Source: Acanthaster planci
Lineage: Eukaryota
NCBI RefSeq assembly: GCF_001949145.1
Contig: NW_019091356.1
Coordinates: forward strand, 4,322,934 to 4,386,933
DNA: 64,000 nucleotides
Direction: 5' to 3'
Positions 1-12,700 of this stretch are shown here, one piece after another. A model generated the notes under the pieces. That model saw only the letters and a list, made by a program, of their open reading frames with translations. It did no database searches and was not told where the DNA came from. Each line of letters begins with the position of its first letter. The stretch's first letter is position 1. The position numbers and the translations under genes are program-made.

Positions 1-438
1 AAATCGGTTCCGAAATTGCGGTCGTAATTTCACCACTTGTTTGATTTATCGTTGGTATCGATGGCATTTCGAGTCATAGAAAGTCGAATCCGTCTCGTCC
101 AATCTCGAACGTTTCAGGATCGTCTGACAGACGAGTCTGCTCGCGACGGAAATTGGAGGGACCATTTTCTGACACGGCCGGCCGTAGGGAGTGGTATTTT
201 GCACGGTCACTGAATACAATTTCAATCCATTCCGTCACCTTTTTTTCTCTCACAATCCAGAGTCGTTAGTGCGTGCGTGTGCGTGTGTTTCGGTACGTCT
301 CTGCTGAAAGTAAGAAATCGCCGCCGAAAAAATTGCGCCAACTTCACTCGGATTCGAAACAGAGAGCTTAGTTGGCGGAAAGACTGAGGCTCGGACAAAC
401 AAAGAGTCTGCTTGGTACTGAGATGGGCAAATTGTACA

Positions 439-634
439 ATTTATTTATAATTCACGGACTGACACCTCGCACTACGAAACATTACCAGCGAATCATACAG
501 CCCCTGTTGTCTCCCACGTAGCAGCAGTGCTCGTATATAGCCAAGCCCTACCAGTCGTGCCCCCGCAAGGGGCTGTATGATTCGCTGGTAATGTTTCGCA
601 GTGCGAGGTGTCAGTCCGTGAATTATAAATAAAT
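439..634. mobile_element. Foldback/MITE-like element with 67-bp inverted arms
   Basis: 439-505 and 568-634 are reverse complements with a single mismatch; 62-bp spacer. Confidence 0.75.
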
Positions 635-1074
635 CGGGATTTGAGCCTGCTCGGGTGATCGTGGATCACTCCCGCCATGACTGCATTTCAATCTGGTGGA
701 TTAATGGAGCGGGAATTGGCCCACGTGGTCGAAACAATATGCGAGGACCCGGGCTGGAATGACTTATCACTAAAGCTGACGGCTGAGTCTGATGTATTGT
801 CGTACAGTTTGGGAGGAAAGTGGGCTAAAATGCCCCCCCCCCCAAAAAAAAAAAATCGAAACCAGGCAAATGTCAAAACGCTAGATGAATATCAGGAACT
901 TGCACTGAAGACCTGATTCACAGCTAACCGAGTAAAATAGGAATGAATTGCCAGAATGTCATCAAAGTAACCATCTGGAAGTCATACATCTTTGCTTTTT
1001 ATTCTCCGTCTTGAGAGATTATTATCTTTTCCCCTCAGTCCTCATGTCCACGATGCGTTGATACTAAAACCGAC

Positions 1075-1422
1075 CACTGTAACAAACAAACAACAAACAA
1101 ACAAACAAACAACCCCAACAAACAAACAAACAAACACCCAACACCCCAACAAACAAAAAGTGTTCATGTTTTGATGCCTTTTAAATGCCTTCTTTCTAAC
1201 ACTTTATGAACTGTTGTGGTGTTAATTTATTTGTTGTAACAAGGACGTGTTGATGTGTTAGTAAATTTAAACACAATTACATATTTGGGTGTAACAACAA
1301 GAAACAAACACGTTTATCGCGTGATAACACTTTTTAATTTCGTAAAAGGTGTTTAATTAAACGGTCACATGTTTGCAATCAGCGCTAAGACGCATTTATA
1401 ACGGGTGTTGGTTTTTACAGTG
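1075..1422. mobile_element. Non-autonomous CACTA/EnSpm-like element
   Basis: Ends CACTGTAA... and ...TTTTTACAGTG; interior is rich in GTGTT/AACAC subterminal motifs; a 2-bp TSD is not evident. Confidence 0.55.
1081..1158 (+). repeat. (AAAC)n microsatellite with CCCC interruptions
   Basis: Directly visible A/C-only tract. Confidence 0.95.
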
Positions 1423-3490
1423 CTATTGCATTTCAGTAGTCATTTTTGACCGTTATTTTATATTTGATTTGCAAAGTTAATTTCTCAGCTTTAGCGAATT
1501 GAAAGTTCCCGCTGTGGCTGTTGTGTCTTATGCCAGCTCAAAATTGTTTTGCCTTAACTTGTATAATCCTTTTCTCCTTGCGTAGACGGGTAATAGCTTT
1601 GCGATATATTTATTGCCTATTTATTTTCCTTTGTACGAAGTCATGAGTTCTGAGAGCTCCTCAATTGTCAAGTCCATTTTCCTCCATAAATCTCGCCCGA
1701 GTGCACGAGACTTGAAGATGAACTGCACTACGTTTGCAAATTGCATCTGAAAAGGACAGTGTGTGGGACAAGGAGTATATCTACACAGTATCAATTATCT
1801 GCAAGGCTTTGCGGCGGTTGCCAGACCCCTTGAGCCATACAGTATACTCAACCCAAGCTGCAGGCGACTCAGTAGTGAGCTGCTGTGGTCCAGCCTTTAG
1901 TCGTGCCCTGCAGTCCGAAGTGTAGCTGTTGCGCATTATAAGATTCACAGGGGAATGGAAATCTCACAATCAGTCTGAATTCGAAATCAATGTAATGGAA
2001 GGAGACAAGCCCGTGGATCGCTTAAAGCGCTTGTAATAAATAATGTTGTAGCTTGGCATCATTGGACTCCTCGACCTGAGCAAATGTGACATGGAATTCA
2101 CATACGTTCCATTTGACACCAAATTACCTTGTACATAATTATATTCATTCCCTTTGTACAAATATAATAACAGAAACATATACAGGCGGCCTGTTGATAT
2201 TGATGGAAGATACGCATTTCCTTGCGGTTATTCTGTCAGCAAATTTAATTGGTGTAATTGTAATTGTTAATTGTATTGGTGTAATGACATGTTTGATGTT
2301 GAAAAATGCTTGCTGAAGTTGGCTGTGAAATCTCGCTGTCAGTGGAAGCCATCTTTGTTGACATGTGCACAGCCAGAGAGGAAGGACATTGTAAATTAAC
2401 CTTACCTCATTTCAGTCCAGACTTTGATTCATTTTGTTTGCCTGTTGTCATAGAATTGGCTGTCATGGTAATCTTAATTTCACCTAAGAAACACCTTTCT
2501 TAGACCATATTGGCCAAATATAAAGTGCTATTAGTCTTGGTTCGACGTGAGAGTAATTCGTGTTCACACAGCATGAAATTGTGTTCCGTTTTGGTAATTC
2601 CTGGTCACGGATCGATGTTAATTTGTCATCCATCAAAGCAGCAAATCGTTTGATATAATTGCTTTTTACCTTGCTCTAGAAATTTGATTAGTTACACTCA
2701 TGTAGTGTCCCCGTGTCGTAGAACCTACATCTCATTAGGAAGCTCTTTTCTTTTACGATTTTTTATATTAAGCAGTTCGGCTCAAATGAGATGAAAGTCT
2801 GAATTTTGTGGAATTTTTTAAGTCGTGTGAGTTTGGGAAAAATTACAGAAGATGAAACACAACATGTTCGATTTAAGCTGTGGTTTTACCTCCAACTATA
2901 GACTCTACCAAGCCGTCGAAATTTTCTATCCCTCCTGATTTTGCTATCTTACATTTCTTCCTCAATATCTTTTGCATCATATCCTTTGTTTTGCAATCCC
3001 ACTTGCTATAAGTGGGAGGATGTGTGAGCCCTTCGTATTCGCGCTCTTGTCTTGGTTTAAGTACATTTCAAGGCCATCACATAAGTTAATGAAGCACCGC
3101 AAAACCTGTCGTGTAAACATGCCTCCACACAGCCGCGACACCAACCAAACAACGCTGCGTGGATAACAAATAGGTCCATCTCGTGTCCTGTCTGCTCTCA
3201 AAATATCGGTCCATGGCTGACCCCCCCCAACTCCAGCAATTGCTGTACATGGTTAACGGAATCACCTTGTCAGAGCACGAGAGTAAGATCAATACAAATC
3301 TATTAAAGCTGAGCTCTGGGTGGAGCCTGACGTAGGACACGTTAGTGATGGGCCTGCCCATAGGGAGTGACTATCAGTGTGTATACTGTATAATAGAGGG
3401 GTATAGGCACGACGCACATTGCGTGGTGAGCATCACTTTGTCATCAGCATCGACCAGTCCAGGGATCGAGTCGCACACGCGGGCTCGCTT

Positions 3491-3501
3491 ATTGGACCAA
3501 T
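3491..3501. promoter_or_regulatory. Inverted double CCAAT box (ATTGG-A-CCAAT), candidate promoter element of the distal GPCR first exon
   Basis: Palindromic ATTGGACCAAT lies in a CpG-containing stretch about 300 nt upstream of ATG|GTAAG at 3793. Function is inferred only. Confidence 0.35.
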
Positions 3502-3792
3502 CGTAGCCACTCCGTGGAGGTGTTAGATCAGAGACACGTTGAGTGCACTGCGACTGCGAATAGGGCCGTCATAGCTTCGCACCGTTCCTTCACAGGGGCA
3601 TTCGTGATCGGCCTAGTTCGGGGGCGTTCCTGTATCGAAACCGAAGAGCTTGAAAACTGTGTCTGGATGCATGTATTTGTGTGGATATTACCGAAGTTCC
3701 GGCGTTAACCTAACAAATTTTATCGAAGAGTGGGATAAACTGGTATTGATTCTAGTGTATGCCGTGTTGAAGGTGAACTCCAGCGATTAACC

Positions 3793-3795
3793 ATG
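3793..3795 (+). CDS. Candidate first coding exon end (ATG only) of the GPCR, distal
   Basis: AACC-ATG|GTAAGA: good Kozak context (A at -3) followed by a strong donor. Phase 0 matches the exon at 27711 and completes a signal peptide, M-TRLRVYVLVYFMAFNLAVPGAEG. Confidence 0.55.
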
Positions 3796-6700
3796 GTAAG
3801 AAGTTTCCTTCCTTCTTAGTCTCTACCTTCAACTGAGTGGCTTATGGCAGCTTAGGGCATGTCTTTTGCTGAATATTACAATGTGAAATCGACTAAAAGC
3901 CAGCTTAAGTGGGTCTTTCTCACAAACTGCGAGATTATCCATTCCCTGAGCTAAGAGGATTTAAACCGATGTAGATGCCGAGGATAGGAGAAACCAAACT
4001 TCCAAAGGCTCCTTGGTGTATTTCCTTCTTCTGTATGATCTTTTGAATAGTTATTTTGCAAAATACCTCTCCCTTAATAGTTGGAATTTCACCTTGGGAT
4101 GAGAAGTGCTCGGCTATGCTTTAATTCAACCCCCCCCCCATCACCTCGGCCAGTCGCCTAACTTTCCCAAAGAGTCACTTTTTCGCATTTTTATGGGGAT
4201 ATCCAATCTGAGCATGATAAAATGGGATCCATAATGTCACACGCCGTGGCTGCACCAGTGCAGGGTGACTTATGAGCGATCTCTTCTTTGTTACATTGAA
4301 GTGGGCTGTATGGATAATACGACGTCTTCTTCTTGGTTCTCTCTTTCTCAAACCTTCTGTCACCCTCCTTGTGTTGTGAACCCTCTTTTGTTAGAAATTT
4401 ACTCAGCTTCACTGTGTGAGTTTAAGATTAAATGGTTTTTATCGTTATCAAACAGCTGGTTTAAACCGCTTTGCTCCAAGTGCAAATCTGGTATACTGCA
4501 GCAAATGTGGGGCCAACTTGTACTGTCATGGAATTGTAATAGAATACTAGTTCTCAACCGGTCCTTTGCATACTAGGCAAGAAAGACTTTTTTTGGGGGG
4601 GGGGTTGCGTTGTATAAATTCCGCAGAAATAACAACACTGGTTTAATGTTAAATTGAGCTGAGACGGTACATGCCCCCCTTTTAACTAAATCTTCAGTTT
4701 CACTCTTAGAGAAACTCATAAATCTTGTCATGAGCTGCGCAGTGACCGTTGTTTTCCCAATCAATGATCGAAATCCCGCAGGCAGCCACACACAATAGAA
4801 GCTTACACCCCACGGCAAATATAACCACGTTTATTGCAGGCTGTGCGAAGTGCAGTTATTTATTGAAGAGAAAATGAGAGCTCTTTCCACAGTCCGTTTG
4901 ACGAAGGAGATCGATGTTTGAAAATTTAGGTCGCGCCCAGTAGATAATTCCGCTGTATTCTTTAGGAGAGGTGCAACCTGCGCTATGATGCCAATTGCTT
5001 TGTCGTAGCCTCCAACACTCACACGAAGCAAACTACATTTGCAATAAACGCAGGCTCGTCCTGGTAATCAAATGGGTCTGTATCTAGCTGATGAAAAGAT
5101 AGTCATCACTGTTCTAGCCAGTTTAAAGTACGAAGATGGAAGGGCTTGAACTTTCTTGGAAGTTAAATGTGTAAACCTTGCCTGATGGAAGTCTTTACAT
5201 AAATCTCAAGCGAGTCCGAAATGAAAGCAAACATTTTTTGGGTGTTCAGAAGCATTAGTGTGCAGGTCTTTACATTTCTACTCGGAAATTGTTTCATCAG
5301 ACTATTTTATTAGGCTGAATTTGACGACAGCTGTGACCCGATTCCTGTCTTCACATGTTTAGCTTTATCCAGACGAATGGGAATTGTGTAAGAGTTGTCT
5401 CCCCTTATTTTGGAGCATCCAGACTTCATCACTAAAATGATAATGACAGCCATCTGAAAGGCAATTGCATTGAATGAGGAGACAGCGAACCTACTCAATA
5501 TCATTGGTGACTCGATTGTATTTGTTCACTGCCGCTCATTATAGACCTTTCCTAAGCAGCAATGTAATAACGTCTGGGTGGACCGATCCCTTCTAATTGT
5601 GAAAAAATTCAGTGTTTGTTACGATAGGTCGTGACTAAACCCATTAGCGAAATTGGAGTTGTTTTCAGAAGTTGCCGGCACTGAATTTTTTTTTCCTCGT
5701 CGAAAGTTAAATAAAAACCACATGAATCTAAAATATAAGCTGTAGTATGCGACAGTATGTTGACCATTTAATGAACATTATCACTTTTCTTTGTCTGTTG
5801 CCTCAACATCGCCTCTGATTTTTTTTTCTTTTTTTTTTTTTTTGCGTTGAAGGTGAGCACCAACTGCTTATTTTACGTTCCTAAATTACACAAACTGTTT
5901 TCATAAGGTATGGTTGACACGGCAGTTAAAAACCACCGATGAAATCTGCAAACACCTTCTTCAACCGTAATATCACTCTCGGGGATTTTAAAAACTGACT
6001 TATAAGCTTGACCCGCGCATCGAAGAAAGATTATCCGGAAAATGATACTCAGACGTGCAATTAAAGAGCCTTGTTCGGGTGTTTTATTGCTCCCTCATTA
6101 AAACAAAAACGCGTTATGAGCCCTGAGGCTTTCTACAGGATCGTTGGGATACTCCCTGGGTCATTAGTAATTCTAAACCATACCTAATCCTTGCAAACAC
6201 TGACATGTCGTATAGTGATAACGTGAAGGCAGATGTATTATTGATACAAGAATGTCGCCATGAACGCGTAAGGAATACTATGTCCAAGCACACGGCGTTG
6301 TATCCCATCTACCCCGTTCATTGACCCAAGAGGGCGCTACATGGCTTTTTTTTAATTTGATGCACGTGATCATCACCTCAAAATTACGAGCTTTGGTTGT
6401 TGCCAAAACAAATATCGATTCTCACTTGGGAAAGTCTACAAGACTTCAGAGTATATGTAACACCAGTTATTTGCAGTATCATCCTTGCGAATACTCGTCA
6501 CTCTGTGGAAGAGTTGAAGGATGAGGTACTTCAGGATGGACTACTCTGAAATGGCAGATACAGAAAGGCGTTGTATTTCTATCAAAAGCCATGAAAGAAA
6601 CATAGTATAACTTCCCCACTCGAGTTATTTACACGCGACATCTTCATAAGTTCACGGCATCTCTCTTGCAATCTGTCACTTCAGTCATGATTTGTTCTGT

Positions 6701-9700
6701 GAAGAGCGACGACTTTATCATTTTCATCGCTTTCTAAATATTGCTCCAACTTGAGCGCACGCGACACAGGCGCCAGCCCCCTCATCATGGAGGTGACAGA
6801 ATCCTGTATTCCATTCACGCGTTTGCCTTCCTCACCCTGTCATTTCTGTTTACTTGAAGAGCACTCATTGGACCGGGAGTTTGGACCTGTTTATTTATTA
6901 AAATCTAGGCATGTGGAGCCTCGTTGCAGTTTGATGATGTGCAGGTTTCTAATATGGTTGGAACATCCTGAACAGATATCCTTTTCCGTCACGAATATCA
7001 CTCGTTGTTTCTTTTTCGTGTTGACCTCACTCTAGACTGGGCGGTATTTTAAATAAGAAATTGGAGCCGGTGAAACTAACGACGATTTTGCAGCCGGCGG
7101 TGGTATACAGTGTGCACATTTATCGTCCTTGATTCCAACTAATTTCTATGGAAGCATGTGCGATACTGAAAAGAATCAGTCTTCCTTAAACATTCCTGAC
7201 CAGAGTTGCATTACGTCTTTCTATGTCCTTTGCGCTCAGATATCGTTTTCAAAGAACCAATCAATAACACACACCAGAATGCGGGCTATTAACCCCTGTC
7301 TCATCCTCATACAATGAGTCTGTGTTTGTTTCTCTGTATTCTAATGTGATAGGGCTTGCTGTGGTAGGGCTTTGGAATACAGCAGGTGTATACCGTCAGT
7401 GTAATCTGTGATCAAATATGGCTGACCTCCGAGTGGATACCATTTACTGAGATGATACAAACTTATTTCCAGTGACGTGTAGGTCACGTCGTTCTGTAAA
7501 ACTGAAACAGTTTCGACATTGGTCCTTGAAGTTGAGGACGAGGTTTAAGGGTACTATGTCTGGAAAGTTTAATAGGCAAAATTAGGCCAAATAACGAGTT
7601 TCCTTAAACTCCGGATTATGCAATAGGTCGATAAAACCTTTTACGAGGTCAGGGGTGTATTTAATGAATAAATAATAGTGCAATAACGACAGCGGTAACT
7701 TTGTTTTTTATTTTCTGGCTAAGAGCAAGGTCTGTCACGTGACTGAAGCAGGTCCCCCTACAAATGTTAACTATTTCTTTACATGTTTCGGAGTTTTGGT
7801 ATAAAATGGCGCGGGACAGAAGAAGCGTGAATTGAAGTGACTTCAATTTGTGTTTGATATGAACTGTTGTAAAGTCGACTGGATTTTGTCGTATACCTTG
7901 CACTCCTAGGAGACTACTTGTTTTTCTGGTGAAGTATTTCCCTGATGCCTGCGTACATGGATGCTTTCGATACAGGCCTACTCGGCTGCAGTGGGTTTTG
8001 AAGAGGATTATAATCTGGTTTGTTGCATAATGACTTGCGGAAGGTAAAGAATATCCACGATTGTAAAAAGGAAAGGAAAAGCTTAAGAGCTTCTAAATGC
8101 AGCATTGACTTCACTTTTCAAAGTTAATTTCGACTAAATAACATGGCCACAGATTTCAACGTGTATGTACATTTACGGCAAAACGTCAATTCACCTTAGG
8201 TAGTTGTTAACCCGTAAACTCCTCACTATGTAATTGGAAGTTAGGTACACTCCCGTGACTTTTGAATGTTGAAACCGTATGAAGTTGGAAAATCCAAGAG
8301 ATGTAAGTTTTCATCTGAGTAGTAATTATTTCCTCCTCTGCACCCACAGCTTTAATAACACATGCTGCGGTTGCTATGATTTCAAACGCATCCACCAAAC
8401 ATTAACGTCGTAACTACAGCAATCCGTGTATGTAACGGAAGTCGATTAGGTTTTTGCCGATTCAATAAACACAGCTTACCTTTTAATGGGTGTTTATTGC
8501 CGAAGGGGTGAATGCTAGATACCAGTTGAGTGTGCCTTAATGATCATTGGATAATAGTTTCGGCAAACTATATTGTCTTTTAGCCATTAAAGCGTCGAGA
8601 GAGGGCGTTGTCTTTTTGAAATTTGGACATTTAACGGACGGAAATGGACTTTGCTCGTGATCTGCTTCCGTATTGTTTTCTTGTCTTAGCTCTTAAGATT
8701 AATAAAAATGATTTAAATAAACGATACTTAATGGAGGTTTTCGTCTGTTTTACATCACTTTAGATTGAGGTTAGAAACTAACTACTTTTCCTAAACCACG
8801 TTTTCTTAAATTACAGTGCCATCGATGGTATACTCATATAACTGCAATATTCAAGTTACATAAAATTTATCCCGTTGTGTAAGATTTCCGCTAGGTTGAA
8901 AATGTATGACCATTTCTCTTGAAGATCCTAATCATGCAGTCTTGACGTGGTTAGGCACGGAAAACAGTCGCTGTCAACAGGCACCCGACTGACACAATTG
9001 AATTCAGTAGGGATGTCTGATTTCCATGTGCCCTGCAAATTAAGTCTCAGCGACTGGCGACATCGTTCATGTCAAAGAAGCGACGGTAGGATCAGCGTTT
9101 TATGGAGATATGACACGGCTATCATTCGACGGTTCATAGTTCTCTATAACCCCCATGTTCACGCATCTCTACATTGTCCCTCGCCATGTAAATATTATCA
9201 CTGGGATGCTCTTTCACACGCGTCATGTTTCCGGGGTGCGTGCGGATCCCTTACTTTTTCGGACTGCCTTGTAGACCCAGTCAAATTGAATTCTAATATT
9301 GTATCCGATAGCGAGTGCATTGATCATAACGCCCGCACGTCCAGGTTTAATGAAGAAATTGTTGGATGCGACAGCACGTTGTCTAGGAAAGCGATTTCTC
9401 CTGCCAGAGCAATCAGTCGCGTTGTTAAATTACCTGATAGGATGCATCCTCGTGTAAAACAAGGCAGGAACTACCCTGGGGATAAATATCGCTGCTTTTT
9501 TGCTTCCAGAGCTATATCTTGAAGCATATTTCAGGTTCCCCAAAGATCGCCGCCTGACAGGAATAATGTGTACACTTGCAATTTGTTTGACTCGATCTAA
9601 ATCCAATTCATTATTTTCGTATGCATCCAGCTCAGATAGAGCGAACAACCCTTTGCTCTCTTAGCTTTGACTTGTCGTTGGAAGGGGTGTATGATAACGT

Positions 9701-12700
9701 TGGCAAGGTATCAGCCCTCTCAATAATGAAAATCGCACTCGGGCCAAGTGCCATTTTCAACTTTAAGGAGCGTTCGGAGCGGCAGTCCGTCGAGTGGGCA
9801 GAGAGACCGTTTCAAGATCGATGACAGTGTTGGTAAGCTTTTTTTTAAATAATGCAAGAGGCCTCATATAGTACTGACGAAATGGAGCCGCTTCTCACTT
9901 CCTCCCCCTTGTCAAATACAATAAGAATGACCCCACCTGATGAAGAACCTTTGGCATTGTGTGTGCGATATCGATTATCAATCCACACTTTTTTCGTCTT
10001 CTTAAACGGAATATTTACCTAAATGTTTGATGCAGTTGCCCTGGATCTTTCAATTGGAATTACATTGATTCTCTTCAGATAAAAAGAGGGGGAAAAAGAT
10101 TTCCTAAAAGCATACTCGGTTCAGTTTATTTATTTCCGTAGTGTTCACAAATAAATAAGTAGATATGCATCGAAATACTGTTTAAACGGGGAAAGGGGGT
10201 GGGTTGGAGACTGCAGTGGGGCCCAAAAGAAGCAAAGCTTGTCATCACGGGACCCTTATACACACAGACGTGCGTTTGGCCGAAATGGGATATATTTATT
10301 GTAACTGCAATCATCATTTTACACAACGGGCTCAAAGACACTTCGAAAACGTTGCATACAGGGATGCAACATAGGCTATATTTCACAGAAGGAACGAGAA
10401 CAGAGAAGGACAAAACTGCAGTGTGGTTTATAAAATAGCTTATGCTTTTTAAGCATGCCTATAAATCTTTCTTTATCTAATTAGATAAAGAAAGATTTAT
10501 AGGCATGCTTAAAAAGCACCAGCTGAACATGTAACGTAAACAGCTATATACATGTAAGTCCAACATCGATACTTTGGATGTATATTTACAGAAAACGTTC
10601 TCACTGCACATAAAATATGTCCTGGGCCCCATCACACATACATGTAGAAAAGCAAAAGTAAAAAGCGAAGTGTAAGACATCCCTCCTGTCATGCAGTAGA
10701 TGGAAGGCATGATTCTCTGTCGATCAGATCTGTGAAGTGTTCATTTGGAATGGTAATAACACATATACATCAGTGAATTAGAGGTCACCACACGATTCTG
10801 AGTAGTAATAACTCAATGCTTGATACGATTTCCGACGACCCTGTGGTTTGACAAAACTTACCCGCTGGTTGGATACCAAATTATGAAGGAAAGGGAGCAC
10901 GTTTTGCACTCTGAGAATTCGGGTTCCTCGGGGCATATTACTCAAGCTCACGTTTCCACGGAGTGATATTGGGTTAACTTAATATTGTTGGTGATCGAAC
11001 GAAAGGGGATAAGGGAAATGTCACTTTGGTGCAGCAATATTCGTGAAAGCAAGTCAGCCTCGGCTGGAAAGTTGTCACGTATTTGTGTTTTACTTCCCGA
11101 GGTCAACCGGGTTGAATAGCTACCATTGGCTGCGTCTAATTGGTCGCATGCTAAAGTAAGCAATAACTTGGCCTACTCAGAACTGCAATGTCTGTTTTCA
11201 CCCCTATTGTTGTGGAGGTTGTCAAGCTATCGAAACCTTTAACTTTCTGGATAAATTTCTGTCGTCATGATGGAGGCTCTATGGTAAATATTGGGAAGTC
11301 AAAAAGCAAGACTCGGCAAGCATAGGAGAGGCCATGCTCATTAAAAATTGCAAAATTCTCCGTTGTGAATAAATTGAAGGTTCCATCGCACATTTCAAGT
11401 CGAGCGCGGCTAATGACCCCATTTAGGGTCTACTGACACCTTATGTACCGTGCATCGACCAGGTCTATTGGCTGGCCAAGCGAGGCATTCAACGGCCCGG
11501 TCGATCGTCATCTACACGCTGGTCACACAATAAGTCTGTTTAGATGAATTGATTTATAAGGTAACTTTACCCGAACAGTATTGTAATTTTTGAAGCGGTC
11601 ATCTACATAGTACAATGTATTAAACAAAACTGGGAAGGACAGCTCAATCAAGCATTATAAAGTATTTGCTTGTGAAAATGTGCAGGAATTATATCAACCC
11701 AGGTAAAAAGAATAGGATCTAATCCCATTATTGTTAGGATTTCATTAATGTGGCAAAGTCAGCTTCTCAGTTTTATTTAACGAACGCCGATGTTGACTAT
11801 TCCAGTGTGATGTGCGTTTCGGTGTACCCCCCACGACATCTGAGACTTTTGTTTGAAGCAGTCAGCAGATATTTAACACATACGCAGGCCCTCCCCTATG
11901 AGGCAAATGTTGAGGCTCAAGTACTGCCTCGTAAAACCTGAAGCGGCCTCTCGGCGAGTTACCATTGGTCGGGGAGCGGGTTAGCGTAGCGATTCTTTCC
12001 TCGCTTTGCACCAATGAGGCCCGGGTTCGAGTCCCGGCTTGGCCCAGGCTTTAAGTGCATTTGGTTTCCAGGCCATACTCGCTCTCGCAGGTTTTCTCCG
12101 GGTAGTCCCGTTTCCTCCTACCTCTAAATCTGGACCTTCTTCGTAACTCCATAATTTGATGCTGATAAATAAAGTGTATGACTAAACGTAAATAGCCTGA
12201 GTTGCTGAAAGCGCCATTAAAAACAAAACAAAACAACAACAACAACAACAGACCATCGGTCCTTCCATTGCACCTGTTCGTGTTCTACTGGTTGGGGTTC
12301 CTCTCGTTGATACCATGTACAAGCTATAAGAATAAATGAAACTGCTGCTGCAACGCCAGCTTCCATTTCCATGGGTGTGAGAAAAGTAACTGCTGTCGCC
12401 TAATTTATGTTTATAAACTTTTGTATAACGAAAATGTTTTTAAATACTTAAAACTTTCTCGCAACTCTCCTCAATCGGCCTTCGTGTTTGAATCAGTCAA
12501 ACGAGTATAATTAGGTTTAAGTTTGAAGCAGAATTCAGGTTCCTGGAGGGCGAATTATCAACTCGTGGCAGTGTATAATTGTTGACCACATCTGTTAAAG
12601 CTGCAGGTAGATCGACAGTAATGAAATCGACTAGATGAGACGAGGTCACGTGAATTAGAGACCTCCAATCTGTGCAGAAGTGAATTCACCTTTTAATTAG

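Noticed and set aside
6324..6338. CTCF-like 15-mer ACCCAAGAGGGCGCT, repeated inverted at 46669-46683
   Set aside because: A few 15-mer matches are expected by chance in 64 kb, and binding cannot be supported from sequence alone.
8947..9522. 191-aa ORF in GPCR intron 1
   Set aside because: GTG start, no recognisable domain and no supporting splice pattern; consistent with a chance ORF.
11971..12045. Possible tRNA gene
   Set aside because: It has Pol III boxes, but I could not fold a complete cloverleaf, and it continues into a SINE core and tail.
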